A model generated the notes under the pieces. It saw only the letters and a program-made list of their open reading frames with translations. It was not told the origin of the DNA and did no database searches. Shown piece after piece: positions 47,146 through 62,118 of a stretch of DNA of 64,000 nucleotides (position 1 is its first letter; every line of letters begins with the position of its first letter). The stretch lies in assembly GCA_017499595.2 (NCBI GenBank), contig CM039004.1, positions 2,666,001 to 2,730,000 of the forward strand, given 5' to 3'. Origin of the DNA: Psilocybe cubensis. Taxonomy: Eukaryota. A program made the translations under genes and the position numbers.

Positions 47146-47416
47146 GACCAAAGAGTTGTACCAGAGAGGATATGAGTTAGAATATCAGTGCTGCTACTCA
47201 GAAAGAAGAAATTTTGTGTCTTTTAAACAGAAAAGTGAGCCGCACCCTTTCCTCATGTTAAGCGCCGTGCTATAGCCTTGATATAACATCATTTTCCCAC
47301 TATGTAAAGGATCAAGCTGAAAATTTAATATAACGTGTACAAAACACAAAAATAGAGCACTATGCATGCTTGATTACACTCTTTATTGTATTCTGTTTAA
47401 TATGTAACAACACTAG

Positions 47417-50400
47417 TTATAATAAAACATGTGTAGTTAATTTTATTGATTTTAACCGCCACCACATGTCCGGATCAAGTGAATCCATAACAATAAACTC
47501 GTTTGCATCATTTCCAAAGTCTGGAATCAGAAGGCCACCGCGTACTATACTACGTACGTCAATAATTGCAGAGTTTGTTCGCCTTCGGGCTCGTACTCGG
47601 AGAAACTCTAAATCTTTATCACGCCTACGTGCCAAATTTGTGCGCTGATCAACCGGTTCATCAAGTGGCAGAATAAGAGCAAGCGGCCACTCTGTTTTGT
47701 CATCTAATGACACAATAAACATGAACAGAAGTTGTGCAAAGCAGTACTTCTGATGATCAAGTGCCAAAAGGACGTAATCATTTCGTGGCCGCTTGTGGAA
47801 ACTTTTGCTAACTCGAACCATATCTCTTTGAGCCGACCAATCAATTTCCGACTGATAATGAATTCTTGCAAGCTCAAATGGTGTAATCTGTTACACAAGT
47901 AAGTTTTGACATGAAAAATAAATAATGCTTAAATTGTTCTTGTAACTCTTACCTTATGATTGGCTTTTAATCGGATAGTACTTCCAGAAGCTGCTGCAAG
48001 GTATTTTCCTGTTTTAATCCGGAAGCGTTCAAATGCCATGTTCTCTTTGAATTGTTTTTCCACATCGGCAAATGTGATTATTGCTTGAAGTGACCCAATT
48101 GAAATGTGACTTTGAGCTCTTTTCTCATTACTTGATCCTGTTAAATGTCAATTTAATAACATTATACATGTACAAACAAATAGACCGTTACCCAATGAAT
48201 TTCCAAGATTGGAAACTTGTGGTGTAGATATAAGTGATTCTTCGCCGTCCTCTTTGGGCATGTCAAGATCATCAATAGCATTGATATCCATGCGAATAAT
48301 CATTGCAATAAGATCATCGTGGTTCATTTTTAATATCTGTTAGAAGCAAATTTACTAGATCAGACAAATAATATTGTACACATGAATTAAAGCACATTCC
48401 TGTGGCGCCACATCTTTGAAATTGGTGTGAAAGCGGTACCAGAGCTTAAGCAAGCCATGTGCCTTTTCATTGGGTTTAGTATTAGAGTTCCGAGTTGCAC
48501 CTTTTGCAACAATATCTTGAATCATATGGACATGTGAATGGATTTTAGGAAAATTCCAATTTTTGTCTGGATGGAGTTGAATATATTCCTGGAAATTTTA
48601 TTGTTGAGAGAATTAATTGGGTCTACATATGAATTGGAGAATGCCTTACCTCAAGAATAGAACAGAACTTTGCAAGTTCTTTTTGTAACCCATGTAATGT
48701 TGTACTGCTATGAATAATCAAAGATGAATACATATCCAATTCTACAAAGCTTCGCATAAGCTTGAGCAGACAATATCCACGGTCTGACTTCTCTAGAACA
48801 TTATGAGATGCATAACAAATGATCTAGAAATCACAGATATATTATATTCACAATTAGTGTCTAAAAAATGCATGTGTACCTTTGCTATATCTTCATATTT
48901 TGTTCCATCTGCAAATTCTCCTGTCTTAATTATAGATGCAAAGTGATTAAGACCACTCCATCGAGGAATTTGATCAAATCTATAAAAGCATAAACCTTAT
49001 TATTACTTATCCATCAAGAGGTTATATTATCAATGCTTACTGATTGTCAATAATCTCAGCATCTTTCCTTCCAGAGCTATCAATAATAGCCTTAAATTCT
49101 GACCATAAATGATCAGAAAATAGTCCACCATGGTATGCATGTAGTCGATCCCAGGAAAGAGCTTTATATACATCACTCCCATTCATCATCCAAAATACAT
49201 TCTGTAGGAAATATTAATCAAGAATAATGACATATATAATGCACTATACCTCTACATTTCGTAATCCATATTCTTTTAAATAATTCTCCTTATCTTTAGC
49301 TGTAAAATTTTGTGCCTCTGTATATATGTGTTTCATTTCTGCTGATGTTCGATAAGGGTATACCGTGGTAAGATTTGATAAATTTTCCTTTGGAACCAAG
49401 CATACAGGACACGGAAAGTTGCTTGTAGCACCACGGGTTAGGGCCATAACACATCTATAAAATAGGCGCCCAACAGTTTCATTTACTATAACAATTATAT
49501 TGAAGTAAACTATTACTTACTGCTCTTCATAATCCGCTGATAAAATCAAAATAAAGAAGAATAGCCACCGGACAATGTTGTCTGCACACTGTGCATAGTA
49601 TCCTGTTGTGGCATATTCTTGAACGGACTTAAGAATTTCGTGGAATCCTTTGTGCCAAACAATACGCTTGAAGTTTACAAAAATTTTCTTTCCTGACTCG
49701 CCAGCATCTTCATCAACCTAGAAATCCATATTTGGAGTTTAATACTAAAAAAATTTATAACATTTAGAATGCTTACAATAGGCAGCCATCCAACTAGGAT
49801 TCCCCCACCAATACCATCACTGTTTCGAAGATTTGCTGGAAGATTTGCACAGCGAGCAAGCACTGGATATGCCTTTGCAGTACCAAAGGTGGATAGCCGA
49901 GTTTTGTCTGCATATAGGATAATAAAAAATGGTAATGCACCATTGGGAAGAAGGTTCTAAAGCAGAGTAGGATGATAAGTATTCTACATTTGTAAAAAGA
50001 AAAATATATACATCTACCTGGATGCTCCACCATTCATTTGCAGTCCATGGTTCTCCAATCAACCGGTCTCGTTTACCGTCATTTTGTTTATAATGCCTTT
50101 CAGCAATCCAATGAAACTGTGAAAGTAGAGAAGGATTCTGAAGAAGACTATTGCACCACTCAATTAGTGGCCGGATATACACTTCATACCCAATTTCATC
50201 ATTTTGGTATGGTACAAGATATTCCTTTTTCTGGAACTGTACTCCATAGTATTAGTTAGTACAACTACAAAATAGAAAAAATATTACGCACTCCAGTTGA
50301 ACGGTAGCTACGAGCAAGCTCCCAGGTCTTCTCAAGCTCTGATACACTGTCAATTGTAAACTGCTCTGGCTTTTCTTTGATTCTGTCAATAAGGGTTAAT

Positions 50401-51078
50401 AAAATCTGCTTTTGCTGCCTATTCATATGTGAGCTAAGTGCAAGTTCTGCCACTTCGAAGTCAAGACGTGTCCTAAATGGATGCCACGGGTTGGTACTGG
50501 TAGAATGGGGTGTTGGTGACGTTTGATAGGAATTTGGATTATATTGGTGTGTAGGAATGAATTTTGGTGGCATATTTGCACTTGGATGAAATTCAATGCA
50601 GATTTGATGTGGAAGCGGTGGGGGCAAATGATTATTTGAAATTTCATCAAGCATTTGAAGTATAGAGGATTGATTTGTGACTGGCTCAATTGAATCTTCC
50701 GGCTCCATTGAAAGGGAAATATGATGACCATTTAGAGAATCCTGTGTCTCCATTTGAGCCATATCTATAGCAGAATAAGAAGCGGTTGTAGAATCCTCAT
50801 TTGGTATAGCTGGAGAGTGGCTAATAGCAGCATTTAAAATTGATGTATAATGTAGAGAGTCTGTATGAGTTTTGAATGGTAAATGTCAATAATTAGATTA
50901 TACACTATGACATACTATTTTCATAAACCCTATTTGCAAAATCTCCAAAAGCATTCTGTGCATCCAGACTTGGTGTTTTGCCACTACATGATCGGATATG
51001 TTGAGCAATGCCTTGGATGCTAAACATCTTGTTGCATATTGGGCACAATTGGTCCTTTGGCTGGCGGCGGTTAGCCAT
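47417..51078 (-). CDS. Second, divergent Plavaka-like transposase (many introns)
   Basis: CPICNKMF..HIRSC finger, PWHPFRTRLDFEVAEL, IGEPWTANEWWSIQ, IILYADKTRLSTFGTAKAYPV, ILSADYEEQ, FPCPVCLVP, SWDRLHAYHGGLF, PRWSGLNHF, WNFPKIH, TKPNEKAHG, IDVRSIVRGGLLIPD. Confidence 0.8.
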
Positions 51079-52339
51079 GTCTTTGAAAGTAAAGAAGATA
51101 TCAGAAAGAGGAGCAGATAAAGAATTAAATATGATCCAACTGCTTTTATACTATTTTACCAGCATCTAATATAGAGTGTGCTGGAGATTATTCGTCTCAT
51201 AGGCCCTAGTTTCATCATTCTGCTGCGCTACATCACTAAGCTACCATAATCAGTTCATCAATTTAGTCTGCCAGAACATGTATTCTAGTAACCATCTATC
51301 AAAATATGTCATAGTATCCAGCACAAAGGTCTTTAAGAGGTTAAAGATTCTCATTGTTGATGATTAAGGCAGTACTACCATAGTTGTACAGTGCAATATG
51401 CATGCAACATACAACAATCAACACCGAGTTACAATGCATCAACTTATGAGATATCAGTCAAATCATTCTTTCCCATGTATCATGTTCAAAATTAGTCTCT
51501 CTTCGTGTGGAATTACTGATTATCCACCGTACCCTAGATTATTTACCTTTGTAGATAGCATGTGCTACATAAACAGTTACTTTGGTGAAGACGTAGACGA
51601 TGTATGTGATTTTCTTCTAAGTCCACTGTGTCGCGTGATCCATGTGACATTCTTCTCACGGCCGTGACCCTTTGCTTACTTGTGCTCTATGGCGCACAAA
51701 CTGCAGGGATATTGACACAGCACTAAAAGTACATAAAATAAAGTGTAAATGATCCACAATGACGTAGAAAATTGTCCAATTTGATATATCTATACTGACC
51801 ATCCCTTGAATGCCTGACAACTTTGCACTTGCTGTGTATGTGTGTGACGTTAGTCACAGTCAAGTTGTAAGGCCTCGTATGGTTGTAATATGGATCAACT
51901 TCAACTTCAGTAGGTTTCTTACGGTAGCTTGTACATTTAGCACTCACATTTTCTCAAAATAAATACGCATTTGGTCCTCTAAATACATTCTATAAATCAT
52001 TTTCATTTGCCCCTCTTTACAAGTGAGTGACACATGACTTCTATATTTATCTAATCCAACGCAAGGCAAAAGTCGGCATTCTAAGAGAGCCGAATCACAT
52101 TAGAAGCCAAATTTTGGCCTAATCTAGGCCCCATCATTGTAAGGCTATCCCGAAATTTCCGACAAATGGGCGAGATTGTTTGAACTTGCCGGAATAGGCA
52201 ATCAATAACCCTCGAGAACAAACAGAAACAAACCGCACTACTCCCGAAGTGTGTATGCTCTGCTGACCTTCTTCGCTCTTCCTCAAATTCTCTCGTCCGA
52301 TTCTTCGTTTCTCAGTCCTTTTTCCTTCTTTCTTGACGG

Positions 52340-54139
52340 ATGCCTCATTTTCTGGCGAAAGAGAGTCGAACCCTACCTCCACTTCTACGTCTTCCAGATG
52401 AAATCCTAGAAGAGATTGTCTCTGAGCTCGATCTGCACAGGGATTTGGTGTCTTTCGGCCTCGCATCGCGGATATGCGCTGACCTGGTCTTTCCTCAGCA
52501 TACGCAGTACCGGATACTGCGAATGCGTCATTCGTCTCCTAACATCTGGGCTCACCTCGCTCGACGGGCTGATCTCGCTCGTAACGTGAGAGAAGTGCAT
52601 ATCTGCGAGCGGTCAAATCATTATGCTGCCGATCACTATCCCACCGCCCTACTTGACAAGCAGCTGGACGGAAATCTGGATAATGCGGAGGAAAGCGTCA
52701 GGATACGTAACCTTTGCAAGGCGCTTGGTCATATGCGCCGTCTGAGAACCTTTACTTGGTCATGGATGCACGTCCCAGGCCAACCACGACCTACCTCTCA
52801 CCCCGCCCACGAGAATGCGATTCTTGCGATCGTCTCCCAATTACCTCAACTAGAGCACATCAGCCTCCAGGGGAGATTTGCTATGCATGCGTTGGCTGCT
52901 CACATAGACACCAAAGGCATGACATATCCCGTATGTGTTTTTATTCGATAATAATTCCTGGAACTAATAAACCTCTTTGTCAGGGATGGAGACTGAACAA
53001 TTTGCGGTCATTGTCTTTGGCTGGTGATACCTGGGCAAAACTGGGAAATTCCAGGCACATTTTCAACCTCTTGACGAAATCTCCCAATCTTGAGGTATGA
53101 GCTCACAGAAACATTCTCATTATGATACCTGTCCTGATTTGGCGCATACACTAGTATCTGGAAGTTCCACTCGAGTTTCATCACCTAGCAGATTGTCATC
53201 TACCTAGGCTGAAGCACCTTAAGCTGGTGTTGCAAGGAGGTGGAAACCTGGCGACCCTTGACCATTCGCGAACTGTCTTCCTGAAAAATCACCCTTCAAT
53301 CGAAGTTCTTGATTGGTCGCCTATTGGAAATCCTGCAATACCCTATGATTCACTTCCTAATCTACGGTCTCTTCGCTCCAACAAACAATTCATCAAGGCC
53401 CTTAATGATCCTGACTTTAGTTCTAAAGCCGCATTGCTGATGACTCCTCCATCAACTCCGGTCACCGCTACCACCAACATCCCATCTGAGCCAGTACCTG
53501 AGCGACCCGTCATCACCCGAAATATTGAAAATCTTGATATTTATGCTCTGGATGCGCAGATGCTTTTGGATCTTAAGTGTATTGACCGAGCAGCCCTACG
53601 AAGAGTCAATATCCATTTCTTCAACGATATATCTATCCTTCACGAGGTTGCGGAAGCCTTTCCTAATATTGAATGGCTTTCTCTTCCAGTCAGTCACCAC
53701 CCCACAGACGCTCAATACCCGGTTCCTGTGACTAGGGTTAGTTTCTTACCTAATTCTTCATGACGTCATCTAATTAACATTCCCTGTGCAGGAAGAATGG
53801 TTAGACATTCTACCTCGCTTTGCCAAACTCCGAGTATTCCGTGGGGTTGGTCTTTGGAGCTGCGTCAAGTACGACAAGGCTTCGATGCATGAACTGATTA
53901 AAGACCTTGTTCAAATATGCCCTCACCTTCGTGTATTGGACCGCTTGGACAAATATAACAACCTTGATAACTTTAAGGAGATTGTTATCACACGGGACGG
54001 CGAAGACGGCGAAATAGTGAACTATTCTATCAAACCCAAGCCATCCAGGTAACTTAGAATCTGGCAAGCATCAAAATCCATGCTGATTTTTCTTGTGTCC
54101 AGAAATTCTTTCGATGTTATGGATGGAATGTTTGACTAA
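52340..54139 (+). CDS. F-box/LRR protein (multi-exon host gene)
   Basis: LLRLPDEILEEIVSELDLHRDLVSFGLASRICADLV is an F-box, followed by LRR-like exons (52984, 53155, 53227, 53792); ends NSFDVMDGMFD*. Confidence 0.8.
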
Positions 54140-56458
54140 CAAACACTGCCAAACGCAACGTTTTTACGACAGTTTTACGACACCATCTATGACCCTACTC
54201 TATGATTGACCCTAGTCCACCAGGAGTGGCGACTGCACCTTCCGCGGTTCGATTTCGCTTTCCCGCACACAATGGGCTCTCTGGGCCCTTCTACAATACC
54301 TCACCTTCCTTCCATCGAGATTTGACCTCGCTCCTAATGAGGGACCCTCCATTGCTTTCGGTATGTATATCATTGTACATCATTTTGCTGTGAAAATTGC
54401 TACGCTGTGTAATAGCATCCTCCACTGATTTGAGGATTGCTTGTACTTTATACGGACTAATGTGGCAATATATGTCGTGTCCTTAACTTTCTATCATAAC
54501 CTTTAGTTCAACGGAAACCGGAGAACGAACGACAACGAAGACTCGAAATTCGAACAGCAACCTATCGAGCTGATGAAGAACAAGCTGATACAAGAGTCAA
54601 GCAACACTTAGAATCGCTAACTTGAGATATTCGACTTTCGGCGGCGTCAACTGGTATTTTTCCTCCGCTTTCTCAACAGCCTCCTCTCCCGTCGTATTCC
54701 GCAACGAGTGCTACAGATCTTTTGAGTTGGTTACTGCATCTATCGTTTTCTAGAAGCTGTCTTGTTACTATATTGACAAGTTCTAATAATCTCCATCGAC
54801 TTAGTATGGTATCTATTTCAACCACCATCAAGCGCAAATAATCCGGAATCCGTTTGTCTGGATATGGCAGATTTCATCGCCGACCGACGTCGCATTCATG
54901 TTTCAATCAGAGCTTCAACAGTCTTCTTTTCGGTTGCGTTAATCCAGTATTGCTTGCATATTGAGCTGATATGTCTCAAAGGTCCTCGGTGTAGCATGCA
55001 ATATATGCATCATGCTCGGCAAATTCTCGAGGTCCCTCTAGGCGATCGATGCCCGCCGTCTTGGGCACTGATGAGATATTAATTTGTCAGTCTTTGGTGG
55101 ATTTCAGCCTTTGTAAGTGCGAGACTTGATTCCTTTTAACATCACCTATATGGGTTATCTCTGCCTACTATTTTGGACTATCTGAGCCATAAGAGACGGT
55201 TTGTTTTTTAGCCATCGGCGGAGGAAGCACTATATCGCTGCACATCGTACACACGAAGGAATCGCTATCTGCTCAGCATCTTCAAGGCACAGTGAATCCG
55301 TCGGCCCTGGCCTGGCGATCAATTCTTATTCCGGGGCGCGATCACAACACTCCGCTTGTTTTAATTTTGGAAGGTTTTGCGACGTTGCCTAAATTTTCGG
55401 TCCCGCAGCTCTCTGCAGGGTCTTCATTCGAAGTCCAATCCTTCAGCAAAATCGCAATTATGTCGCTCAATGTGATGCGGGCATGCCTTTCAGAGCTTTG
55501 CGATCGGGTGACCATGATTAATACAATCAGCAGATAAACGATAAACGATAAACGGCTGCTCAAATTCCACAGGGGTAACGAGCTCCTGAGACGTATTGAT
55601 CCAATTGTAGCTGCTTTGACTTTTTGGCTTTGATAGCTTATATTTTGAACACCTCGCTTCCGAAGTTGGTCCCCAAGGTTGTGTGAAGGGTTGTTTACGA
55701 TGACCGAGTTGCCTCCGTTCGTCGTCAAGTCTTCAAATGTGTATATTGGCGACTAATTTGTTGCGAGTTCTCCAATAATCACATTAGTCCTGGAGTGTAA
55801 GCGCTGAAAGTCAAATTTTCAGGCACGAATTGCAAAGTGCCTTCCCTACTGTGAGAAGGTGATGATTTCGAAATATTGATTCCTATCGGCGGTTCAGCTC
55901 AGCATTTTGGACTTGACCTTCATCTTTGTCAGCACAACCAAGGGCTAACTTTTGACGTTCATTTTCTCTTTCGGAATTTCGAAGATGCCTCTGGGTCTGC
56001 TGTATGCCACCGTTTTGCAAACTATTATGATGAGTGGCTATGAATGTTTCTCTTCATATATCCAGTTTCGTACAGGTATGGTCCTTCCGAGTACACTCTC
56101 TGGATCGACTGCCAGTCTGGAATCCCGACGGTGATCCTCTGGTTCCGCATGCATGGTCGGAGCCTCATCGCACTAAATTTTCGAAGAAATCGCTCAGCTT
56201 TGCATGATGGATGAAGAATCGCTTTCGATACGAGACGAGGAGACGCCACGAGGGTAGCAAGGAAGCGTCTCCTGGTCGCTTGGCGCACTCCAAAGAGTGT
56301 TTGCCTGTTTCACTGTTTCTTTGAGCGAGCAAGGCCACTCTTCGCCATACTTTGCTCTTGGGTCTGCTTTGAATGTCTGTCTTTTGATTTTGTTCTCGTT
56401 CTTTGCTTTAAGCTACCACCATCACCAATGGTCGCTCTGCACAATATTTTACATTTCA

Positions 56459-57724
56459 ATGCGTTTTTTTCTTGCCTATGCTGTTATTTCCGTCTCAGTG
56501 GCTTTCGGAGCAGTTGCAAATGACCAACAGGATACCGCAGTCGGATTATTTCCTTTTTGTGTGAACGGACGCGAACACTGCTTAGAGGTCCTTTCTGCAA
56601 ACGCCACGGCTCCATCGAGAACGGTACCTTTTGGAAGAAAGGCGAGGTTAAGCAATGCTCTTCTACACACGTACACCAAGGCAAATAGAGCTTCAGGTAA
56701 GATTTTTTCCGTGTAGGATCAATCCACATTATTAGCCATGATGTGACGTAATTCCAGATTTTCAGCGTAGACAAACAAGTGCTTCAGGGATTCCACAGGT
56801 TGAGCGAACGGGAGTTGTACAGGTATTCGACGACTCGAATGAATCTATTGGCTATGTTTCCGTGACTACTGAAGACGGCGCTATATATCGTGTTGATTCC
56901 GCCCTGATGAACGCCGCAATCGTGACTGTGTCTTCACAGGCGACCTCGGCGAGTGGAACTGGGTTACGAGTCAGCGTCACTGTAAGTATCAGTTAAGACT
57001 TTTTGGAAATAATTCTGACTCATATACTGCTTTCTTGAACCAAAGGGAAGTGATATCAGCGCGCGGTATCCTCTTCTTGGCCTTGTTCAAGGGCGTGATA
57101 ATGTCGATGCAAATATTGGGTTTGGATCATACCAGTAAGAAACTTCATTTGCTAACAGTTTTCTCCACTAAATACGATTGCTCTATCAGTTATCTCTATT
57201 TAGCAGGCGTTGCACTTCCAGGAAGTGAGTGTCTGACAGTATGTTGCCCTTACCTAAACAAAAATTAATAGCGCTTCAATGAATGTAGCTTCGCCCCAAG
57301 ACTCCCCCACAATCATTGATAATTCTTATAATGACGCGACCGAATTAAGTCTGGCTGCTGAGACGGATTTGGTGAGTTAAATAGAAGACTTTTCCATAAT
57401 TTGCCTTTTAGTGTGACACCGAATGCCATTCTGTGTAGTGGGAGATTAATTTCAGTACAGGTACAATGACAACGACATGGGTCAATACGAATGGAAGTTA
57501 GTGTTTTCATCTCGATCTAAATTTCATTGACGTCAACTTTTATTTTCTAGCGCCCGAGAATACTGTTTTGTTTGTTCAGGATGGTATCATTTATGCAGGG
57601 GGTGATATGGACGCGTTTGCCAATGAGTATAGTGGATCTTCAGTGACAGGCATCGTAAGTTCTTTCTATTCTTACTTGTATAATTTGTCTAAAACTATGA
57701 TAGACCTTAAAATTTGTATTCTGA
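56459..57724 (+). CDS. Putative secreted protein, unknown function (multi-exon)
   Basis: Signal-peptide-like MRFFLAYAVISVSVAFGAVA. Short exons read YPLLGLVQGRDNVDANIGFGSY, YLYLAGV, VWEINFSTGTMTTTWVNTNG, IYAGGDMDAF, TLKFVF*. Confidence 0.6.
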
Positions 57725-58152
57725 GACTGGCTACCTTGTCTGGGCCCCTCAAAATCCAGGGGTAACTTGGGCTGGCAATGGGCCGCTTGCCTGTTGTGTA
57801 CACATCGTTTATTCTATCCTAATGATACTGTTTTGTCATGAGAATTATGGGGATTTTTACCTTAGAAAAATCTTATCTTGATTGGTTATGAGTTCGAAAG
57901 TCCAGGAGATGATAAAAGGACGCGAAGATTGGTGGAAGACAGAAACGATCATTCTATAAATGACCGACAGTCACGGCTATAATGACCGAAAACGGCAAGG
58001 GGCAGGCTGGTTCATCGGCCACTGACTTGGCTCTCATTCTGCACTCATTTCCAATCTCCCATACCTCTAACGGAATTATCGATTTCACATATTGACCGAA
58101 ATATCTGCTGAACTTGTCTTTGACGCATTTCTAACGGAAGCGCCGTTTCACC

Positions 58153-61100
58153 ATGGCTACAATTTCGACGGCTCTCCGACATTTCAAAGAACCTACTAAA
58201 GAACAACTAACCCAGATATTCTTTTCTTTACCACCACTGGATTCTGAGAAAGATGGAGAGAAAAGCGGACAGGACTCAAAGATGGATATAAATGCTGTGC
58301 TTAGTCTTGGAGAGGCAGAGGATTCCTATGTGAGTGATGATGCAGATTTCGAGAAATAAGGGATTGGAGCTTGTCTGATTATACATTGCACATGGAGCAC
58401 AGGCTGGAAAGCTGCACATCATGCCACCGTATCTGGCATTCTCTTCCCTCGATAAAAAGTCCGTACGATTTACTATACCCCTATCAACAATTCGGCGGGT
58501 GGAACGTCTCAATGCGCGCGCCGGTGTTTACGCATTGAGCTTGCTAACATGGCATGGAATGAAGATCGTCAGTCTACACGCGTCTCTTTCGCAAATTTGG
58601 TGCTGATTCGATAATTGGTATGATTATAAGATCGTTCAATTGACGTCCCTGCGCCCAACAGCAGACTTGTTCTGTTCTCTACTCCGAGATGCCCTGAAAG
58701 TCGAGCTACAACGAGGGCAAATGAAGCTTGTCAAAACCTTTGTCAAGACATGTTACTCTGAAGTTCTTATATCAGATAACTCAAACGCCGCCGACAACGA
58801 ACGAGAGGATGGCAGCTTGATCGCAGATTCTGCAGATGGCAGTAACCCGGATGTTAGTTATCATGGAGGACTCGGGTTGAAATTTAAATTTCCTGGAGAC
58901 CCAAAAAAGTGAGTCCATATAGAATATATATACATTCTCGTCTCTGAAAACGAAAAGGCTACGAGAAGCCTCGAAAATCAAGCTATGGACCACCTACCTG
59001 CGGAGTGAGTGGCTGTTCCTATCAGGACCCTCTTGCGTCTAAAGCTTCGACAGACCATGGACGCAACCTAACTCTTCTCCGATACCCTCAATGCACGCGG
59101 CTTGTACAAGTCGGTCTGCCGAATCGTCTGCGTGGTGAAATGTGGGAAACGCTGTCAGGCTCAATTTTTCTGCGGTTCTCAAATCCTGGGTATTATGAAC
59201 GTCTACTAGAAGAGAATAAAGGCACAACGAATACGAGCACGGACGATATTGAGAAAGATCTACATAGGAGTCTTCCTGAATATGCTGGTTATCAGTCAGA
59301 AGAAGGAATTAATTCTCTGCGTCGTGTTCTACGGGCATACTCGTATATGAATCCCGAGCTAGGTTATTGCCAGGTAATGAAACCCACGACGTATCTCCTT
59401 TTAAAACTGAATATTGTTTGACAGGCGATGAACATTCTTGCTGCAGCTATTTTGATGTGAATTTTCAAGTTCTCTTTCTGACGATTGTGTACTTATTCAC
59501 TGGCATGTAGTTATATGTCAGAAGAGCAGGCATTTTGGTTGCTAGAAGTACTGTGCGGGAGATTACTTCCTGGATATTATGCGTGCGTGCCATTTTTCCA
59601 AATGTGGTGATGAATCTAAGTTTTACCTGTAGCCCCTCAATGCACGGGACACTACTCGACCAACGTGTTTTTGAATCACTGGTTCAGAAGTATCTTCCTA
59701 TTATCCATGATCATTTCACACTGGTCGACGTTCAGCTATCAGTCGCATCTCTACCCTGGTTCCTGAGCTTGTGCGCGATGACTGTATTTTAAGAAAATTG
59801 GTTTTTTTAACTTTTACCTGCAGATATATCAACAGCATGCCCATGGTGTTTGCCTTCCGCATCGTCGACTGTTTCCTATGTATGGGTCCGAAAGTGTTGT
59901 TCCAAGTTGGGTAGGTTTCAATTTCCCGCGTCCCTTGACATCAACTGACTCAAATGATAGGCTAGGTTCGCTCGAAATCTACTTGGTCATTTTTATGCCT
60001 GACAATTTTACACAGCTATCCTAAAGATAAATGGAGAACAACTTTTGCAAATTCAGGACGATGGAGGTTTCTTAAAGTATGTTCACCTCAAGTAGAACAA
60101 TGTTGAAACACTGATCCGTTGTTTTGAAGCTTGATGAGGGACTACTTCGCATCCTTGGGCGATTCGGCACACCCCAATTCTACGGACCCTCGTGCACGCG
60201 CAATCACGGTTTTCCAAGAGCTTCTTCTCGTGTCATTCAGAGAATTCTCTGTCATTACAGAAGATATTATCCTGTCCGAGCGGAGACGGTTTAGAGGCGA
60301 GATCATCCACAGCATTGAGGCGTTTTCAAAGCGCGGGGCCATCCGTAATCTTCGTAGCCTTGGAAGGTTCAACAAAGAACAAGCTGGCTTGATATATGAT
60401 GCGCTGTATAAAGCTATGTGTATCATTCCACCTCCACCTGCTGCCGCCCCGCCTCCTACATTGTTCACTACTGCCACTGGAGAGGGTCATGAAGACAAAC
60501 CTGAAACGAGAATCGGTCTGCGAACTTTCAGACAATTCCTCAGCGAGATAGCGTCTTGGGCCCGAGATGAGAAGATTGTTATGAATGGCTTCCAAGTACG
60601 TGTCTCATTCACCTTTCCACATCACAAATTAGCTGACACTTCCGTAGCAACGTATCGACCGTGAGGTTGCGGAACACGAGTTCATCGATAGACTGTTTTA
60701 CTTCTGGGATGTTGGATGTCATGGAGCGCTATCTTTCCAGGTATATGCTTATGCACTTGACGTGTAAAGTTCATTCTGATCTTGCTTGAGTAGGACCTTG
60801 TATCTGGATTAGACGGGGTTATGTTCAACGACTTGATGGATAATATCGAATGGTTCTTTAATCTGCACGACAAGAACAAAGATGGTTATCTGACCAAGGA
60901 TGAAGTGTTGACGCTATCAGAATCCTTTTTGGTCAGTGTTTTGTTCGTCGCCACTGATGTTTGCGCTTACCTTAGGTATAGTTCATTTTCCGATATGAAG
61001 TTGGAGATGCATACCTAGGAGCCGTAAGTCGATTTATGACGAACGCATTTGAATACGGGGACGCCCTGCTCCCTCGTCCCCAATCGTCAAACGCTGAAGG

Positions 61101-62118
61101 CGAAAGCGGTGATGCCGAACCTTCTTCACCACCCCCAATAGCCTCCAATCAACCATATCTGAATTTAGCCACGTCAGCATCTCTTTTTTGAAAAAAAAAT
61201 ATTGTTCTACTGCTGATGTCTCCGTTTTCGCTTCAGGTTCCGTATGGTTGTGCTTGCTGACGAAGTGCTGGAGTCATTTTTCGAGACAGATCTTTCAGAA
61301 TCCTTCAAACTTCACCCTCTGCCGGAGATGGAACTCCCCACAACTCAGAGCGGATTGCTGGGCGATCTGTGGTCATCTATCGCCACCGACACTAATAGAA
61401 AAATGTTCAACATGTTCACTGATGAAATTGGAAAGACAATTGGCAAACACCAGGTATGCATACTTTCTTTTTCGAGTTTAGCTTTGAATGAATAATTATA
61501 TCTTTTCATCAGGTCGTAAATAAGCCTTCGATCGGACGATATACCCAATTGGAGGAGCCGAAAGCCCGCGAGTCGCTACTTACACCGATGTTGCGCAAGT
61601 CGTTATCGAAAGCCAGTATGTCAGGTACGACACTCGCGTCGACAAATTCAGAAAAACAGGCATCTTCGTCGACGTTGTCTGTCAATACCACTTTGGAACC
61701 GGCCCAGTCCAAGTCGCTGCCTAGTGTCCCTGATAGTGGGAGCCTTTCTGCAATGCCCATGCTGCAAGCAGTCAACGCAGCGGCACTCATGGAACGTACC
61801 CATTTCGCCATCGATGATGCCAAGGACGATGATGAAGATGAGGATGATGAAGATGATCTAGAGGGTCACGACCACGATGACCAGGTTATGGACGAGGTGA
61901 ATTATCTACATCAGTTTCAACTTATTTGGTCGACTGATTGTGGTTTCTTTCTTCTTCCTCCAGGTTGATGCGTTTTTGGAGGCGCACGACTCGGGCTTGA
62001 CTGATGCTGACAAAGCGGTGGCGAATGGTAAGCTTGGGCTCTGGTTAGACCATGCATCGTACAATTTCATTGATCCACCATCGTTCTAGACCTTTTGCAC
62101 GCCGAACCTCTGAAGTAG
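58153..62118 (+). CDS. GYP2: Rab GTPase-activating protein, TBC + EF-hand (Gyp2/Mdr1-like)
   Basis: [98 protein letters not shown] hand [14 protein letters not shown]; many canonical introns. Confidence 0.88.

Noticed and set aside
43800-52100. TIRs or TSD for the second Plavaka-like element
   Set aside because: Searched by eye and found no convincing inverted pair; boundaries are left undefined.
54400-56300. Short ORFs between the F-box and secreted-protein genes
   Set aside because: No motifs or consistent exon chain; treated as intergenic.
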